This document shows, one piece after another, positions 50,683 through 61,031 of a DNA stretch of 64,000 nt. This DNA comes from Chitinophaga pinensis (lineage in GTDB: Bacteria; Bacteroidota; Bacteroidia; Flavobacteriales_D; Crocinitomicaceae): assembly GCA_945902745.1 (NCBI GenBank), contig CAMDNE010000011.1, positions 26,644-90,643 of the forward strand, written 5' to 3'. The notes under the pieces were generated by a model that made no database searches, was not told the DNA's origin, and was given only the letters and a program-made list of their open reading frames with translations. The translations under genes and the position numbers were made by a program. The stretch's first letter is position 1. Every line of letters begins with the position of its first letter.

Positions 50683-53628
50683 TTAACGCAAACTATGTTT
50701 CACTATATAGGAAGTAGTGGTTCCATTAGAAACCTTTATATAGTACATTCCAGGGGCAGCTTCCAAATCTTCAATATGGAATACATTGCTGCCTTTTTCA
50801 ACAAGAACTTCTTGTCGGTAAATAACCATCCCTCTTGCATCAAAAACTGAGATAAGAGAAGGACCAGTTATATCTTGTGTGTAAAAATCTACATAGAAAC
50901 TTCCGTTACTTGGGTTCGGATACGTAATCAAGTTTGAAGTAATTGCTTGTTGCGCGCCACAATTCACAGAAGCAATATTGAACGTTTCTGAAACACCATC
51001 GTTATCAAATTGTGTTAATCTGTAATACGTTGTTCCACTTACTACATTGTTATCTGTCAATGCGTATTCAATAACAGTAGTTGAATTTCCTGCAGCACCC
51101 AATGTGTTCAAGATTGTCCAGTTTATGCCATCTCTTGATTTCTCCACTACAAAATAACTCGTGTTGTGTTCCGAAGCAGTTGACCAATTTACATTTACTT
51201 TATCTCCAGTTTCGTTACAGTTTGCAGTGAACGAAATAAGCTCGACAGGGAGTGCTGAAATTGGCGCAAGGATTATTGCTCCTGATCCTCCGGAGAAACT
51301 AGTTACCCCACTCATCTGCGCATAGTTGATTCCGTTCGCAGTTGTACCCGTTAAAGACTGTAAATGAAGACCATCGTAATCAGGCGCTGAATATGCAGAA
51401 CCTGTATTTTTGAACAAGTAGAACCCATTTGTTGCAAATTGTGCTGCACCATATAAATATGAATACCCACAAGAAGGATATGCTGCCATATAGTTTGCAG
51501 CAGCTGTTTCAACCGCCTGACGTTCTACCGTCTCATGATAGAATCTCACTGAATATGTCCCACTTGGCGTTCCACCACCAAAATTAAGATCCCATGCCCT
51601 CTCCATTTCAAAACGCTGCTCTCCCGGATTTTGATTGGAAGCACATCCAGCACCACCTGATGGGAATTGACTTTCCGAAAAATATGTTCCGTTATCAAAT
51701 ATAGAAGCGATAGGAAAACCAACAGGCAATCCGCTTAGGTCACCTTGAACAGAGAAGATGATGTTATTCCCATTTAAGAAATGATTCCAACCAGCGTTGT
51801 CGGTGCAATATCCCGTAGAGCTTGTATTATTTGCTGCGTAGATAAAACTCTTAACATTTACGTTTATTGTTTCATCAACAGTCGTATTGCAAGTCCCTGA
51901 TCTACGCACATAATAAGTTGTACTTGTCGATGGACTAACGTTGGCAGATGAACCTATGCCCAAGTTAGTTCCTGTTCCATTTGGACCGGTCCACCATTCA
52001 ATCTGTGATCCCGCACCTGCAGTTCCGCCGCTTGCTGTTAAAGTAGCAGTAGAATTTGGACAAATTGTAGAAGAAGGTCCTGATAACAGAGGTGCTGTTG
52101 ATGCAGTGTTAATGGTTACTGGCACAGAAACACATGCTGTTGTATTGCAGCTTCCCGCAAAACGCACAAAATATGTGGTATTTACAGTTGGTGAAACCGG
52201 TAATGAGTTACCAGTACCGATAACTGCACTTCCACAAGATCCTTCAAACCATTCCGCAATACCATTAGTTCCAGCTGAACCGCCTTGTAAAGTAAGTGTT
52301 GTGCTTTGACCTGAACAAACAGTTGTTGTTCCTGATATTGAGGTAGGAGCTACAGCAGGTGTATAAAGCGGTGTGCCTGAAATATTAAGTACATAATTCG
52401 TTTCCCAAGTTGGGTCAATAAGAATTGGATAATAATAGGTTCCTGCAGGAACATTGTTCCAATACAATCTTATGTTGCCATCCACGCACGATGTAAAGTC
52501 CCAAGTAGTTGCACCTGTAAATGTCGTAAAAGAACAATCAGGGGAGATATTGATATATGCATTATTGTGAACTGGAGTTGAACCACAAAAATCAATAGTA
52601 ACGTTCATTCCCCCACATGGTACAGTAAAGGCAACCCACACATCCTTGTAAGTTCCCAAATTTGCTGTAGAACCACAGCCTGTTCCCAAATGCGTTTGAT
52701 TATTACTCGCACCAAGATTTAAGATAGGTGCATTAGCACACAAATCATTGGAAGGGGCAGGACAAGGCGTTACACAACTTAAATTTAGTGAAAAAGCGCT
52801 GTTTGCAGCCCAACCATGCACCAATATGTAATAATTTTGTCCAACGACTGATGGCCAACTGTAAGAGGCAGATGTACCTGCACATGCTGGACCGTCATCG
52901 TCATTTCCACCAATACAAGTTAAAGTAGAACAGTTAGTACCGTTGAATACAGATATTTTACTATCCCACGCAGTTGCACACAAGGATGCTGTCATAGTTT
53001 GGCCATTTCCAGCAACAACGTACCAAACACCTGGCATTGTTTGAGCTGTACCGCAAGTTAAAGCTTCTCCTGTACCAGAATTTGTGGCGTTAACAGTTGT
53101 ACCACTTAATGTAGCACCACAAGTTATAGCCGCAGCGGAACATACAAGATCATTTGCAGGAGCAGGAGGTGGCGAACATGAAACACATCTCCAACGAACA
53201 GTATGACTGGTACTAAGGGCTGCACAATTGTATGTGTGCACATAAACTCTTACAACTCCTGTATATGTTGCTGTCCAGCGAATTTTAGCATGGGTACCAC
53301 AGCGATCATCACTATAGCACAAGGCATTATTGTTGTCATCTCTTCTTAAACTTAATTGACTGTCGGTGTTGGTTCCAACAGTAGCACCATCAATTGGACA
53401 CAAAGACCATTCATATTGTTGTCCTGAAGTTACGTTGTAGGTGTTGTATTCCCCACCATACGTAAAACCTAAAGAATTAACAAATGTTCCGGATGTTGTA
53501 GATTGGGTGGCGCCCCAGGCAGCTCCTGTGGAACAACCTCCACCAAGACACTGTCCTGTTTGTGCATTCAATGATTGAACTAGCAAAAGTTGCAGCACTA
53601 TCGTAATATAAATATATATATTTTTCAT
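50683..53628 (-). CDS. Large Cys/Gly/Thr-rich secreted protein: PPC-like domains, Ig-like repeats, FN3-like module, T9SS sorting domain
   Basis: It has a signal peptide and WDSKISVFNGTNCSTLTCIGGNDDDGPAC...YYILVHGW. Repeats are ISGTTTVCSGQSTTLT..GG...G..EW. The C-terminus is TYPNPSNGSFYVDF...MYYIKV. Confidence 0.75.
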   Translation of the reverse strand: MKNIYIYITIVLQLLLVQSLNAQTGQCLGGGCSTGAAWGATQSTTSGTFVNSLGFTYGGEYNTYNVTSGQQYEWSLCPIDGATVGTNTDSQLSLRRDDNNNALCYSDDRCGTHAKIRWTATYTGVVRVYVHTYNCAALSTSHTVRWRCVSCSPPPAPANDLVCSAAAITCGATLSGTTVNATNSGTGEALTCGTAQTMPGVWYVVAGNGQTMTASLCATAWDSKISVFNGTNCSTLTCIGGNDDDGPACAGTSASYSWPSVVGQNYYILVHGWAANSAFSLNLSCVTPCPAPSNDLCANAPILNLGASNNQTHLGTGCGSTANLGTYKDVWVAFTVPCGGMNVTIDFCGSTPVHNNAYINISPDCSFTTFTGATTWDFTSCVDGNIRLYWNNVPAGTYYYPILIDPTWETNYVLNISGTPLYTPAVAPTSISGTTTVCSGQSTTLTLQGGSAGTNGIAEWFEGSCGSAVIGTGNSLPVSPTVNTTYFVRFAGSCNTTACVSVPVTINTASTAPLLSGPSSTICPNSTATLTASGGTAGAGSQIEWWTGPNGTGTNLGIGSSANVSPSTSTTYYVRRSGTCNTTVDETINVNVKSFIYAANNTSSTGYCTDNAGWNHFLNGNNIIFSVQGDLSGLPVGFPIASIFDNGTYFSESQFPSGGAGCASNQNPGEQRFEMERAWDLNFGGGTPSGTYSVRFYHETVERQAVETAAANYMAAYPSCGYSYLYGAAQFATNGFYLFKNTGSAYSAPDYDGLHLQSLTGTTANGINYAQMSGVTSFSGGSGAIILAPISALPVELISFTANCNETGDKVNVNWSTASEHNTSYFVVEKSRDGINWTILNTLGAAGNSTTVIEYALTDNNVVSGTTYYRLTQFDNDGVSETFNIASVNCGAQQAITSNLITYPNPSNGSFYVDFYTQDITGPSLISVFDARGMVIYRQEVLVEKGSNVFHIEDLEAAPGMYYIKVSNGTTTSYIVKHSLR

Positions 53629-53658
53629 AATTTCCTGATATTGAATTTAAAAATGGAA

Positions 53659-54138
53659 TTATTGAGCTAACTCATTGATTGCAAAGCCCAAAAGGGAGAC
53701 GAAGTTTTTTCCCTCCTCATAGTCAGCAAACCGAACTGCATTGGTTATTTCGTCGCCAAAAAGCAAGTGCTTTAAATCGACTGACGGACACAGAACAACG
53801 GTCTTCTCGACTATCGGTGCTCCAATCCCCTCTCTGAATTTCGCTTCTTTTTCAGCGTATTTAAGCAGATCGCGCAGTTCGTTAAGTAAAAGGTTTGCTT
53901 TGAGATTGACCTCTCTCAATTCAGTTGAAACACCAGCATCAGGTGCGGTACCCGAAACAGCTGTAGCAGCTCTTTCATTTCTTTCTGTACTGATTTCTTC
54001 TTGCGCCTGCACTTTAGAGCTAAAGCACACGGAAAGCGCCACCAACGATAACAAGAGCATTGAATTTTTTGAACTAACAATCCATCTCCGACTGTTAGAG
54101 CCCAGCATAGAAAACTGGTCGTGTAATTTTTTTTTCAT
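53659..54138 (-). CDS. Hypothetical secreted/anchored protein (159 aa)
   Basis: It has a hydrophobic segment MLLLSLVALSVCFSSKVQA and ends 30 nt upstream of the 981-aa gene. An antisense ORF of similar length exists, so the strand is uncertain. Confidence 0.4.
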   Translation of the reverse strand: MKKKLHDQFSMLGSNSRRWIVSSKNSMLLLSLVALSVCFSSKVQAQEEISTERNERAATAVSGTAPDAGVSTELREVNLKANLLLNELRDLLKYAEKEAKFREGIGAPIVEKTVVLCPSVDLKHLLFGDEITNAVRFADYEEGKNFVSLLGFAINELAQ

Positions 54139-54531
54139 AGTAATATAGTTTTTAGCGTTTTTAAAGTTTTTGCATCACGGTCTAATTTGATGCATTCGAC
54201 TTTTATTAAAAAATATGCCAAACAGCTGAACAGTAGTAAAATCGAAGGTTTCAAAAAAATAACTTAATTGAATATTCCCAAAACGGGATTTTTTTTACCA
54301 AAAAGAAACAGTTTTATTATGTTTCTATTACCTCTTTAACAAACTTTTAATAAGAAAAAAGGTGTGAATTATGAATATTTTATAATCACTGCATTAAGTA
54401 CCTAAAAATTATTATTTGATCAATTGTATACTTTTATATCTAATTTTTTTCTTTTTAATATATTCATGTAAGTTTCTTTTGATTTTGTTTGAAAACCTTA
54501 ACTTTGCACCAAATTAATAGACATTAGAAAG

Positions 54532-55815
54532 ATGAGTACAGCACTAGGAAATCACATACTTGTAGAATTTATGAATTGCGACCCGCACATTATGAATGAT
54601 GTAGCAGCAATAGAAAGAGACATGGTTGAAGCAGCGCAAAAGGCTGGTGCTACCGTTATCAATTCTACATTTCATCATTTTTCTCCTTTTGGAGTTTCTG
54701 GTGTTGTTGTGATTCAAGAAAGTCATTTAGCTATCCATACTTGGCCAGAATATGGTTATGCTGCAGTAGATCTTTTTACCTGTGGTGAAATGGATGCATG
54801 GATTTCTTTTGATCACTTAAAAGAATGCTTTAAATCGCAATCTTATTCGGCAATTGAAATGAAACGTGGTTCAGTAAATTTATTGACACGCAATGATTTC
54901 GATATGACCACGATGCGTCAAAAAGCGGGAGAATGGAGAAATCCTGAATTTTTCACGCGCAACGTTTGGTTTACGGATAAAGATGAATTTCAAGCACTTT
55001 CTCTGCGTTTTACAGGTGAAGTTTTCTTTGATGTTCAATCACCTTTTCAACGAGTACGAATCATTGAATCATACAAATATGGCAAAATGTTGGCGTTGGA
55101 TGATATGGTTATGACAACAATCGAAGACGAGTTCCATTACCATGAAATGATTGCTCACCCAGCATTATTTACACATGGAAACGCTAAAAACGTATTGGTT
55201 ATTGGTGGTGGTGATGGTGGAACAGTGCGAGAAGTTTTACGCCATGAAAGTGTTGATAAAGTAACGATGGTAGAAATTGATGGTGAAGTTATTACTGCTT
55301 GTAAGGAACATTTACCTCAAATTGCAGCTGCTTTTGATAATCCAAAATTAGAATTGCTCGTTGATGATGGGATTGCATTTTTGAAAACTGCTGTTGCTGA
55401 ATCATATGACATTATTATAATTGATGGATCAGATCCAGTTGGTCCTGCAGAAGGATTATTCTCTGTTGAATTTTACACCAATTGTTACAAAGCATTGAAA
55501 AAGGATGGAATCTTGATCGCTCAAGGTGAATCGCCAAAATTCAATGAAAAAGCATTTACAGAATTGAACCATACCTTACAAGATATTTTTGGGAAAGATA
55601 AAGCGCCAGTTTCGTTATTCTTTGTTCCGACCTACCCTACTGGAATGTGGAGTTTCCAATATGGATTAAAAGGTGATACTCATCCAAAGACGATTACGAA
55701 TGAATCTACTATAGATGCATTTGTTGAAGAAAAAGGATTACGCTATTATAATGCTGATGTTCACAAAGGAAGTTTTGCTACGCCGAACTTTGTGAAAGCA
55801 CTTTTGAAAAAGTAA
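54532..55815 (+). CDS. Fused S-adenosylmethionine decarboxylase (SpeD/SpeH-type) and spermidine synthase (SpeE)
   Basis: The N-terminus GNHILVEF..C......[30 protein letters not shown] has the pyruvoyl ES cleavage motif. The C-terminal part has [16 protein letters not shown] and [15 protein letters not shown]. Confidence 0.85.
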   Translation: MSTALGNHILVEFMNCDPHIMNDVAAIERDMVEAAQKAGATVINSTFHHFSPFGVSGVVVIQESHLAIHTWPEYGYAAVDLFTCGEMDAWISFDHLKECFKSQSYSAIEMKRGSVNLLTRNDFDMTTMRQKAGEWRNPEFFTRNVWFTDKDEFQALSLRFTGEVFFDVQSPFQRVRIIESYKYGKMLALDDMVMTTIEDEFHYHEMIAHPALFTHGNAKNVLVIGGGDGGTVREVLRHESVDKVTMVEIDGEVITACKEHLPQIAAAFDNPKLELLVDDGIAFLKTAVAESYDIIIIDGSDPVGPAEGLFSVEFYTNCYKALKKDGILIAQGESPKFNEKAFTELNHTLQDIFGKDKAPVSLFFVPTYPTGMWSFQYGLKGDTHPKTITNESTIDAFVEEKGLRYYNADVHKGSFATPNFVKALLKK

Positions 55816-55830
55816 TAATACTAACATGTT

Positions 55831-55877
55831 GCCACAGATTCACAGAATTTCAAAATCTGTGAATCTGTGGCTTTTTT
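55831..55877 (+). terminator. Strong hairpin/terminator between the speDE fusion and speB
   Basis: The perfect 16-bp stem GCCACAGATTCACAGA/TCTGTGAATCTGTGGC is followed by T6. speB starts 17 nt later. Confidence 0.7.
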
Positions 55878-55893
55878 ATAATCTCACTTTGAC

Positions 55894-56937
55894 ATGACCT
55901 TCGATCCAAACGGTGTTGGAATAGCCAACGGAAATTTATTCGGTTTTCCTGTTACGGAAAATGAAGCTGACATTGTAATAATCCCTATTCCTTGGGATGC
56001 AACAGCATCTTATGGAAAAGGGACGAGCGATGGTCCTAAAGCGATTTTGGATGCATCAGTTCAATTGGATTTTTATCACCCCAAGTTAGAAAACGCTTTC
56101 CAAACAAAAGTATTCATGACTGCCATTTCGAATGAATGGAAAGAAATCAATACGAAGTTGTGCATTGAAGCGATTGAATACATCGGTTTTTTGGAAGACG
56201 GCGGGAAATTAGAAGACAATACAGATTTCCAACAAACGGTTTCAACGATTTCTGAAGCACAAAATGCGCTAAAGGATAACCTTAAAAATCGTGCTTTAGA
56301 TTTGATGAAAAATGGAAAGTTGGTTGGTGTTTTAGGAGGCGAGCACTCTACTCCACTTGGCCTAATTGAAGCAATTGATTCTCAAAATAAACCGTTTGGT
56401 ATTTTACAAATCGATGCACATGCAGATTTGCGTGATGCATACGAAGGATTTGAACAATCTCATGCGAGCATAATGTTCAATGCGCTAAAAAACTGTTCAA
56501 ATTTGACAAAATTGGTTCAAGTTGGAATTCGCGACATTGCACAATCCGAAGTTGATTTAATCAAAAATAGTAACGGTAGAATTTCAACTTATTTCGATTG
56601 GAATATAAAAGAAGGACAATTTAACGGTGAAACATGGGCAAGTCAAATTGACGCAATAATCACTGATTTGCCTGAAAACGTTTACATTTCATTTGATATT
56701 GATGGACTTTCTCCTGAATTGTGTCCAAATACAGGAACACCAGTTGCCGGAGGTTTTAAACTGGAAGAAATCACTTATCTCCTATTCAAATTAGCAGCAT
56801 CTGGCAAAAAAATTGTTGGATTTGACTTAAATGAAGTTGCACCAGGAAAAGACGACGATTGGGATGCAAATGTTGGTGCGCGAGCTTTGTGGAATTTAAT
56901 TTGTGCCGTTGAATCAAATAGACGAATCCATCTTTAA
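55894..56937 (+). CDS. speB: Agmatinase / ureohydrolase-family enzyme
   Basis: It has the arginase-fold Mn ligand motifs GGEHS, DAHADLRD and SFDIDGLSP, in a polyamine context. Confidence 0.7.
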   Translation: MTFDPNGVGIANGNLFGFPVTENEADIVIIPIPWDATASYGKGTSDGPKAILDASVQLDFYHPKLENAFQTKVFMTAISNEWKEINTKLCIEAIEYIGFLEDGGKLEDNTDFQQTVSTISEAQNALKDNLKNRALDLMKNGKLVGVLGGEHSTPLGLIEAIDSQNKPFGILQIDAHADLRDAYEGFEQSHASIMFNALKNCSNLTKLVQVGIRDIAQSEVDLIKNSNGRISTYFDWNIKEGQFNGETWASQIDAIITDLPENVYISFDIDGLSPELCPNTGTPVAGGFKLEEITYLLFKLAASGKKIVGFDLNEVAPGKDDDWDANVGARALWNLICAVESNRRIHL

Positions 56938-56994
56938 CTGTTTTCATGCATATAAAAACTAATGTGTAATTTCACAGTTAAAATTCACTGAAAA

Positions 56995-57510
56995 ATGCTC
57001 CAAAAACTAAACATTAGCATACTTATCGCAGCACTTATATTGTTTTGTTATAGCGCGTATTCCTTAGTTTTAAAAGGCAACATTTATCCATCATCGCTCC
57101 TGTTGTTTTATTCCTTTTTATGCATTGCATCCTACTTTGCTTTGCATGGAATAAGAACACATCACACTAAAACATATATCTTATTTTCATGCATTAACCT
57201 AATTAATCTAATCGTTCTTTTTGTAGATTATTTTTATTTGGATTTGTTAAAAAGCACATGGAATTTTTCATTTGCACTTGTGTTCCTTCAACTATTAATT
57301 GGATTTCTTTTAAGAATAAAGTCATTCAGAGGGAAAATTGCAAATGCAACATTTTGGTCCACAATTGTATCTACCGTTTTGATTGAGTCAATGCTCTTAT
57401 TTAAATTATCAAATGAACTTTTTCATTCGGTAATCATTTATTCCTTTCTATTAAGTTCAATTCTGATGCTCGTTTTATTTGGTATAAAACTTAAGCGTAA
57501 ACATCAGTAA
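56995..57510 (+). CDS. Hypothetical integral membrane protein
   Basis: It has five to six hydrophobic helices and no recognised domain. Confidence 0.45.
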   Translation: MLQKLNISILIAALILFCYSAYSLVLKGNIYPSSLLLFYSFLCIASYFALHGIRTHHTKTYILFSCINLINLIVLFVDYFYLDLLKSTWNFSFALVFLQLLIGFLLRIKSFRGKIANATFWSTIVSTVLIESMLLFKLSNELFHSVIIYSFLLSSILMLVLFGIKLKRKHQ

Positions 57511-58403
57511 ACATACGTTCCAAAACCAGATAAACGCGTCAACCAATAATCGGATTGCTCAATTTCTGTCACAATTATTCCCTTTGAGGAACTTGCATGA
57601 ATCATAACAAGTGGTTTCCCTTTATCAGAAATAATCATTCCGACATGCGAAATACCTGAACCATTATCAAAAAATACTAAATCGCCCTTCTGTACATTTT
57701 TCTCTTTTAATTTTCTAGAAGTCTCAAACTGGTCAACAGCTCTTCGTGGAATATCTTTACCAAATTCTTTCATGACATATCCTGTAAAACCACTACAATC
57801 AAATCCACTCGGATCATTTCCGGCCCAAACATACGGCACACCCAACTGTTTTTTAGCATACACAACGATTGCATCTCTTTCTTTGGAATACAAATCTTTT
57901 TCAGAATCATCAGAATCTACAATGTCTTTTTCAGCAATCTCTCCCTGGTAATCAATATCCGGAATATCGTCAAATAAACCATCAGTTATTTTTTGAAATC
58001 GCTCAAATTCAACCTTCTGCCCTCTTCGTTTTAAATCTTCAGCCCAAGAAATTAAATCGTGTTTTAAAAAGGAAATTTCATAAATATGCGCATCAAACAC
58101 TTTTTTACCATCGCTGGACGTCTTGATTTCCTTAAAAATATTGGCTGCATCTTGCAAAGCGTTAGGATGCCTTATCAACCATCTATCGTTTTGACAAAGC
58201 TGAAATAAACTAATTGCTTTATAAAATTTTGGGATCTGTGAAAAATCGTAATCAGGAATATCTAATAATGTATTTGCTTTGCGATAAACCATTTTATAAT
58301 GATTCTGTGCATATAACACTTCTAATTTATCAAATTCACGTATTTGAGCGCTTCCTATTGAAAAACAGAAAGTAACAAAAACAAATAATATCAACCCCTT
58401 CAT
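57504..58403 (-). CDS. NlpC/P60 (C40) family peptidoglycan peptidase
   Basis: It has GVPYVWAGNDPSGFDCSGF (catalytic Cys) and SHVGMII (His). Confidence 0.8.
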   Translation of the reverse strand: MKGLILFVFVTFCFSIGSAQIREFDKLEVLYAQNHYKMVYRKANTLLDIPDYDFSQIPKFYKAISLFQLCQNDRWLIRHPNALQDAANIFKEIKTSSDGKKVFDAHIYEISFLKHDLISWAEDLKRRGQKVEFERFQKITDGLFDDIPDIDYQGEIAEKDIVDSDDSEKDLYSKERDAIVVYAKKQLGVPYVWAGNDPSGFDCSGFTGYVMKEFGKDIPRRAVDQFETSRKLKEKNVQKGDLVFFDNGSGISHVGMIISDKGKPLVMIHASSSKGIIVTEIEQSDYWLTRLSGFGTYVY

Positions 58404-58596
58404 TTATTCTCTTTATTAAAAATCTAAGTAACAAATAATATATTGAAAGTAGGACGGCATACCTATTTATCATTCAACATCCAATTGTTTATTGAATCCT
58501 ATTGCTATTTAACAATTTTTCTGATGTCAACCCGTTACTATTTTTAACATTTCAACGTTATTTGACTTATATTTATACAGTTTAATATTTTCAACT

Positions 58597-60189
58597 ATGA
58601 TAAAGATTCTCTTCCTACTAACAGCAGCACTAATCACTTTCAATAGTAATTCTCAAATTGACCCAAATAAAGTTGGAACAACTCAAAAATTCGATGAAGT
58701 TCTAACTTACATAACAAGAATGTATGTTGACACCGTCAATAACGATCAATTGACAGATGCAGCAATTGTTGCAATGCTAGAGAAATTAGATCCACATTCA
58801 ACGTATATCACCAAAGAAGAAGTGGCTGAAGCAAACTCGTCAATCAACGGAAGTTTCGTTGGAATTGGAATTCGATTTCAAATATTAAAAGATACGTTAA
58901 TGGTTGTAGCAACTATTCCTGGTGGACCTTCAGAAAAATTAGGAATCATGCCGGGCGATAAGATTACAAAAATTGAAAATGAAAATGTTGCCGGAATTGG
59001 CTTGAAAAATGGTCAGGTAAAAGAACGATTACTTGGTGAGCTTGGTACAAAAGTGAAAATTGAAATCTTGCGAAAAAGAACGAAGAAACCACTTGATTTT
59101 GTAATTACACGAGATAATATTCCAATTAATTCTGTTGACGCGCATTATATGGTAACACCTGAAACAGGATACATTAAATTGAATAGTTTTTCTAGAAGTA
59201 CAGTAGATGAAATCCAAAAGAGTTTAATTGATTTAAAGGCACAAGGAATGAAAAACCTCATTTTTGATTTACAAGGAAATGGTGGTGGTTTATTGGATGC
59301 AGCTCAAAAAGTAGCCGATGAATTTCTTTCTGGTGATAAATTAATTGTTTATTCAGAAGGAAGAGCGCAACCAAGAAACAACTTAAAAGCTGGTAAAAAA
59401 GGATTGTGGGAAGAAGGGAAATTGATTGTTTTAACGGATGAGTATTCTGCTTCTGCGAGTGAAATTGTTTCTGGTGCTATACAAGATTGGGACCGTGGAA
59501 TGATTATCGGTAGAAGAAGTTATGGAAAAGGATTAGTTCAACGTCCAATTGATTTGACTGATGGCTCTCAAATGCGTTTAACAATTGCTCGTTATTACAC
59601 GCCAACAGGAAGATGGATTCAAAAACCGTATGACGATTTAGAAGCGTATAAAAAAGATCTAACACAACGATATTTAAATGGAGAATTCAGTAATGTTGAT
59701 TCGATTAAACTTCCAGATTCTTTGAAATTCCAAACGATGATTACAAAAAGAACTGTTTATGGTGGTGGAGGAATCATGCCAGATTTGTTTGTACCGATTG
59801 ACACTTCTGGAGTTACAGATTATTATAGAGATTTAGTTCAAGGTGGGCATTTAAACAGCTATTCGCTTGATTATGTTGACAAACAAAGAGACAAATTAAT
59901 GCTTACCTACCCTACTTTTGAAAGTTATTTAAAAGGATTTACATTGGATAAAAAATTCATGGACGCATTTTTTGACTACGTCGCAAAAGAAGACAAAGAG
60001 TTAATTTTTAATGCTGAAGAATATAAAACAAGTGAAGATTTAATAAAACTTCGATTAAAAGCTGTTCTAGCACAAGATATTTGGGGATACAATGAATTCT
60101 ATCAAGTTTACAATGATTCAAATGAAATTATTCAACGAGCAGTTAAAGCTTTAGAGAATAAAGAATATGAAAAAGCAAATTTGAATTAA
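58597..60189 (+). CDS. S41-family C-terminal processing peptidase with PDZ domain
   Basis: It has the PDZ segment GGPSEKLGIMPGDKI, then DLQGNGGG, SASASEI and SYGKGLVQ. Confidence 0.85.
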   Translation: MIKILFLLTAALITFNSNSQIDPNKVGTTQKFDEVLTYITRMYVDTVNNDQLTDAAIVAMLEKLDPHSTYITKEEVAEANSSINGSFVGIGIRFQILKDTLMVVATIPGGPSEKLGIMPGDKITKIENENVAGIGLKNGQVKERLLGELGTKVKIEILRKRTKKPLDFVITRDNIPINSVDAHYMVTPETGYIKLNSFSRSTVDEIQKSLIDLKAQGMKNLIFDLQGNGGGLLDAAQKVADEFLSGDKLIVYSEGRAQPRNNLKAGKKGLWEEGKLIVLTDEYSASASEIVSGAIQDWDRGMIIGRRSYGKGLVQRPIDLTDGSQMRLTIARYYTPTGRWIQKPYDDLEAYKKDLTQRYLNGEFSNVDSIKLPDSLKFQTMITKRTVYGGGGIMPDLFVPIDTSGVTDYYRDLVQGGHLNSYSLDYVDKQRDKLMLTYPTFESYLKGFTLDKKFMDAFFDYVAKEDKELIFNAEEYKTSEDLIKLRLKAVLAQDIWGYNEFYQVYNDSNEIIQRAVKALENKEYEKANLN

Positions 60190-60229
60190 TCGAAAAAATA
60201 ATAATTTTGTCTTGTTAAAAAGAACACCT

Positions 60230-60742
60230 ATGAAAAATCAATTTATTCTTGGAATCTGTTTGTTCATCATTTCTAGTTGTGGAAATGATACTAATGCTGT
60301 AAAATCTAGTTCAGGAGAAGTGACTTCTACAATCGCAGCTAGTGAAGGAAGTGAAGAGGATTTAAAAGCTTCTTTGCAAGAAATTGAAAAGGAAGAGCAG
60401 GCGTTAGCCAAAGAAGCTGCTGCATCTTCCACAACAATGTCTTTTGATAAAATGACAAACAATTTTGGAAAAATAAAAGAAGATACGGATAATAACGCTT
60501 CATTTATTGTAACGAACACTGGTAAAAACCCTTTAATAATTGAAAAAGTGGACGTTAGTTGCGGATGTACAACCGCGAAAAAACCTGAAAAACCTATCAT
60601 GCCCGGAAAATCAGATAAAATTGAAGTTGTTTTTCACCCGAAGGTTGATCAATTAAAAGAGCAACATAAAACAATCACCGTTACGGCGAATACGAATCCA
60701 ACAATTGCGGTCTTAAATATTGAAGCTTTTGTGATAAAATAA
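60230..60742 (+). CDS. DUF1573-domain lipoprotein
   Basis: The internal Met gives MKNQFILGICLFIISSCG. It also has FGKIKED...FIVTNTGKNPLIIEKVDVSCGCT...PGKSDKIEV. Confidence 0.7.
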   Translation: MKNQFILGICLFIISSCGNDTNAVKSSSGEVTSTIAASEGSEEDLKASLQEIEKEEQALAKEAAASSTTMSFDKMTNNFGKIKEDTDNNASFIVTNTGKNPLIIEKVDVSCGCTTAKKPEKPIMPGKSDKIEVVFHPKVDQLKEQHKTITVTANTNPTIAVLNIEAFVIK

Positions 60743-60785
60743 GGAAATGTTCGACCCCTCTGGGGTCGATAGTGTATTAAAATAA

Positions 60786-61027
60786 TTTTTTGGTGGATTG
60801 TATGACTTCTCTGAAGTCAACAACGAGCAAAAAAATCTAATAATCGTAAAATGACTTCAGAGAAGTCAAATACCCCCCCCAAAAAAAATCCAACAACCGA
60901 AAAATGACTTCAGAGAAGTCAAACATTCCCCCAAAAAAAATCCAACAACCGTAAAATGACTTCAGAGAAGTCAAATACCCCCCCCTAAAAAAAATCCAAC
61001 AATCGTAAATTGACTTCAGAGAAGTCA
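60786..61027. repeat. REP-like array of five copies of a 17-nt palindromic hairpin in ~52-54 bp units
   Basis: TGACTTCAGAGAAGTCA lies at 60852, 60905, 60957 and 61011, with one inverted copy TGACTTCTCTGAAGTCA at 60803. Each unit also carries A7-8-TCCAACAAYCG and a C5-C9 run. Confidence 0.9.
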
Positions 61028-61031
61028 AATA

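Noticed and set aside
51941-52309. 122-aa plus-strand ORF inside the 981-aa gene, plus similar antisense ORFs in pnp, clpB, hisA/hisF, proS and the DASS transporter.
   Set aside because: They are antisense to genes with clear homology-type motifs. Their openness is explained by local composition.
53741-54148. 135-aa plus-strand ORF as an alternative to the minus-strand 159-aa ORF.
   Set aside because: The minus-strand reading has a signal-anchor-like segment and operon-like spacing to the downstream gene. The plus-strand product is Ser-rich with no features. The choice remains uncertain, so the minus-strand call has low confidence.
54139-54531. The long AT-rich leader upstream of the speDE fusion as a SAM or polyamine riboswitch.
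   Set aside because: I could find no conserved riboswitch core or convincing multi-stem structure by eye. Only a short hairpin, TTGCATC...GATGCA, is present.
60786-61027. The hairpin array considered as a CRISPR array, and ORF 60837..61028 (63 aa) considered as a gene.
   Set aside because: The inter-hairpin segments are themselves repeated, so they are not spacers. The ORF is a translation of the repeats (LTSLKSFY... reiterated).
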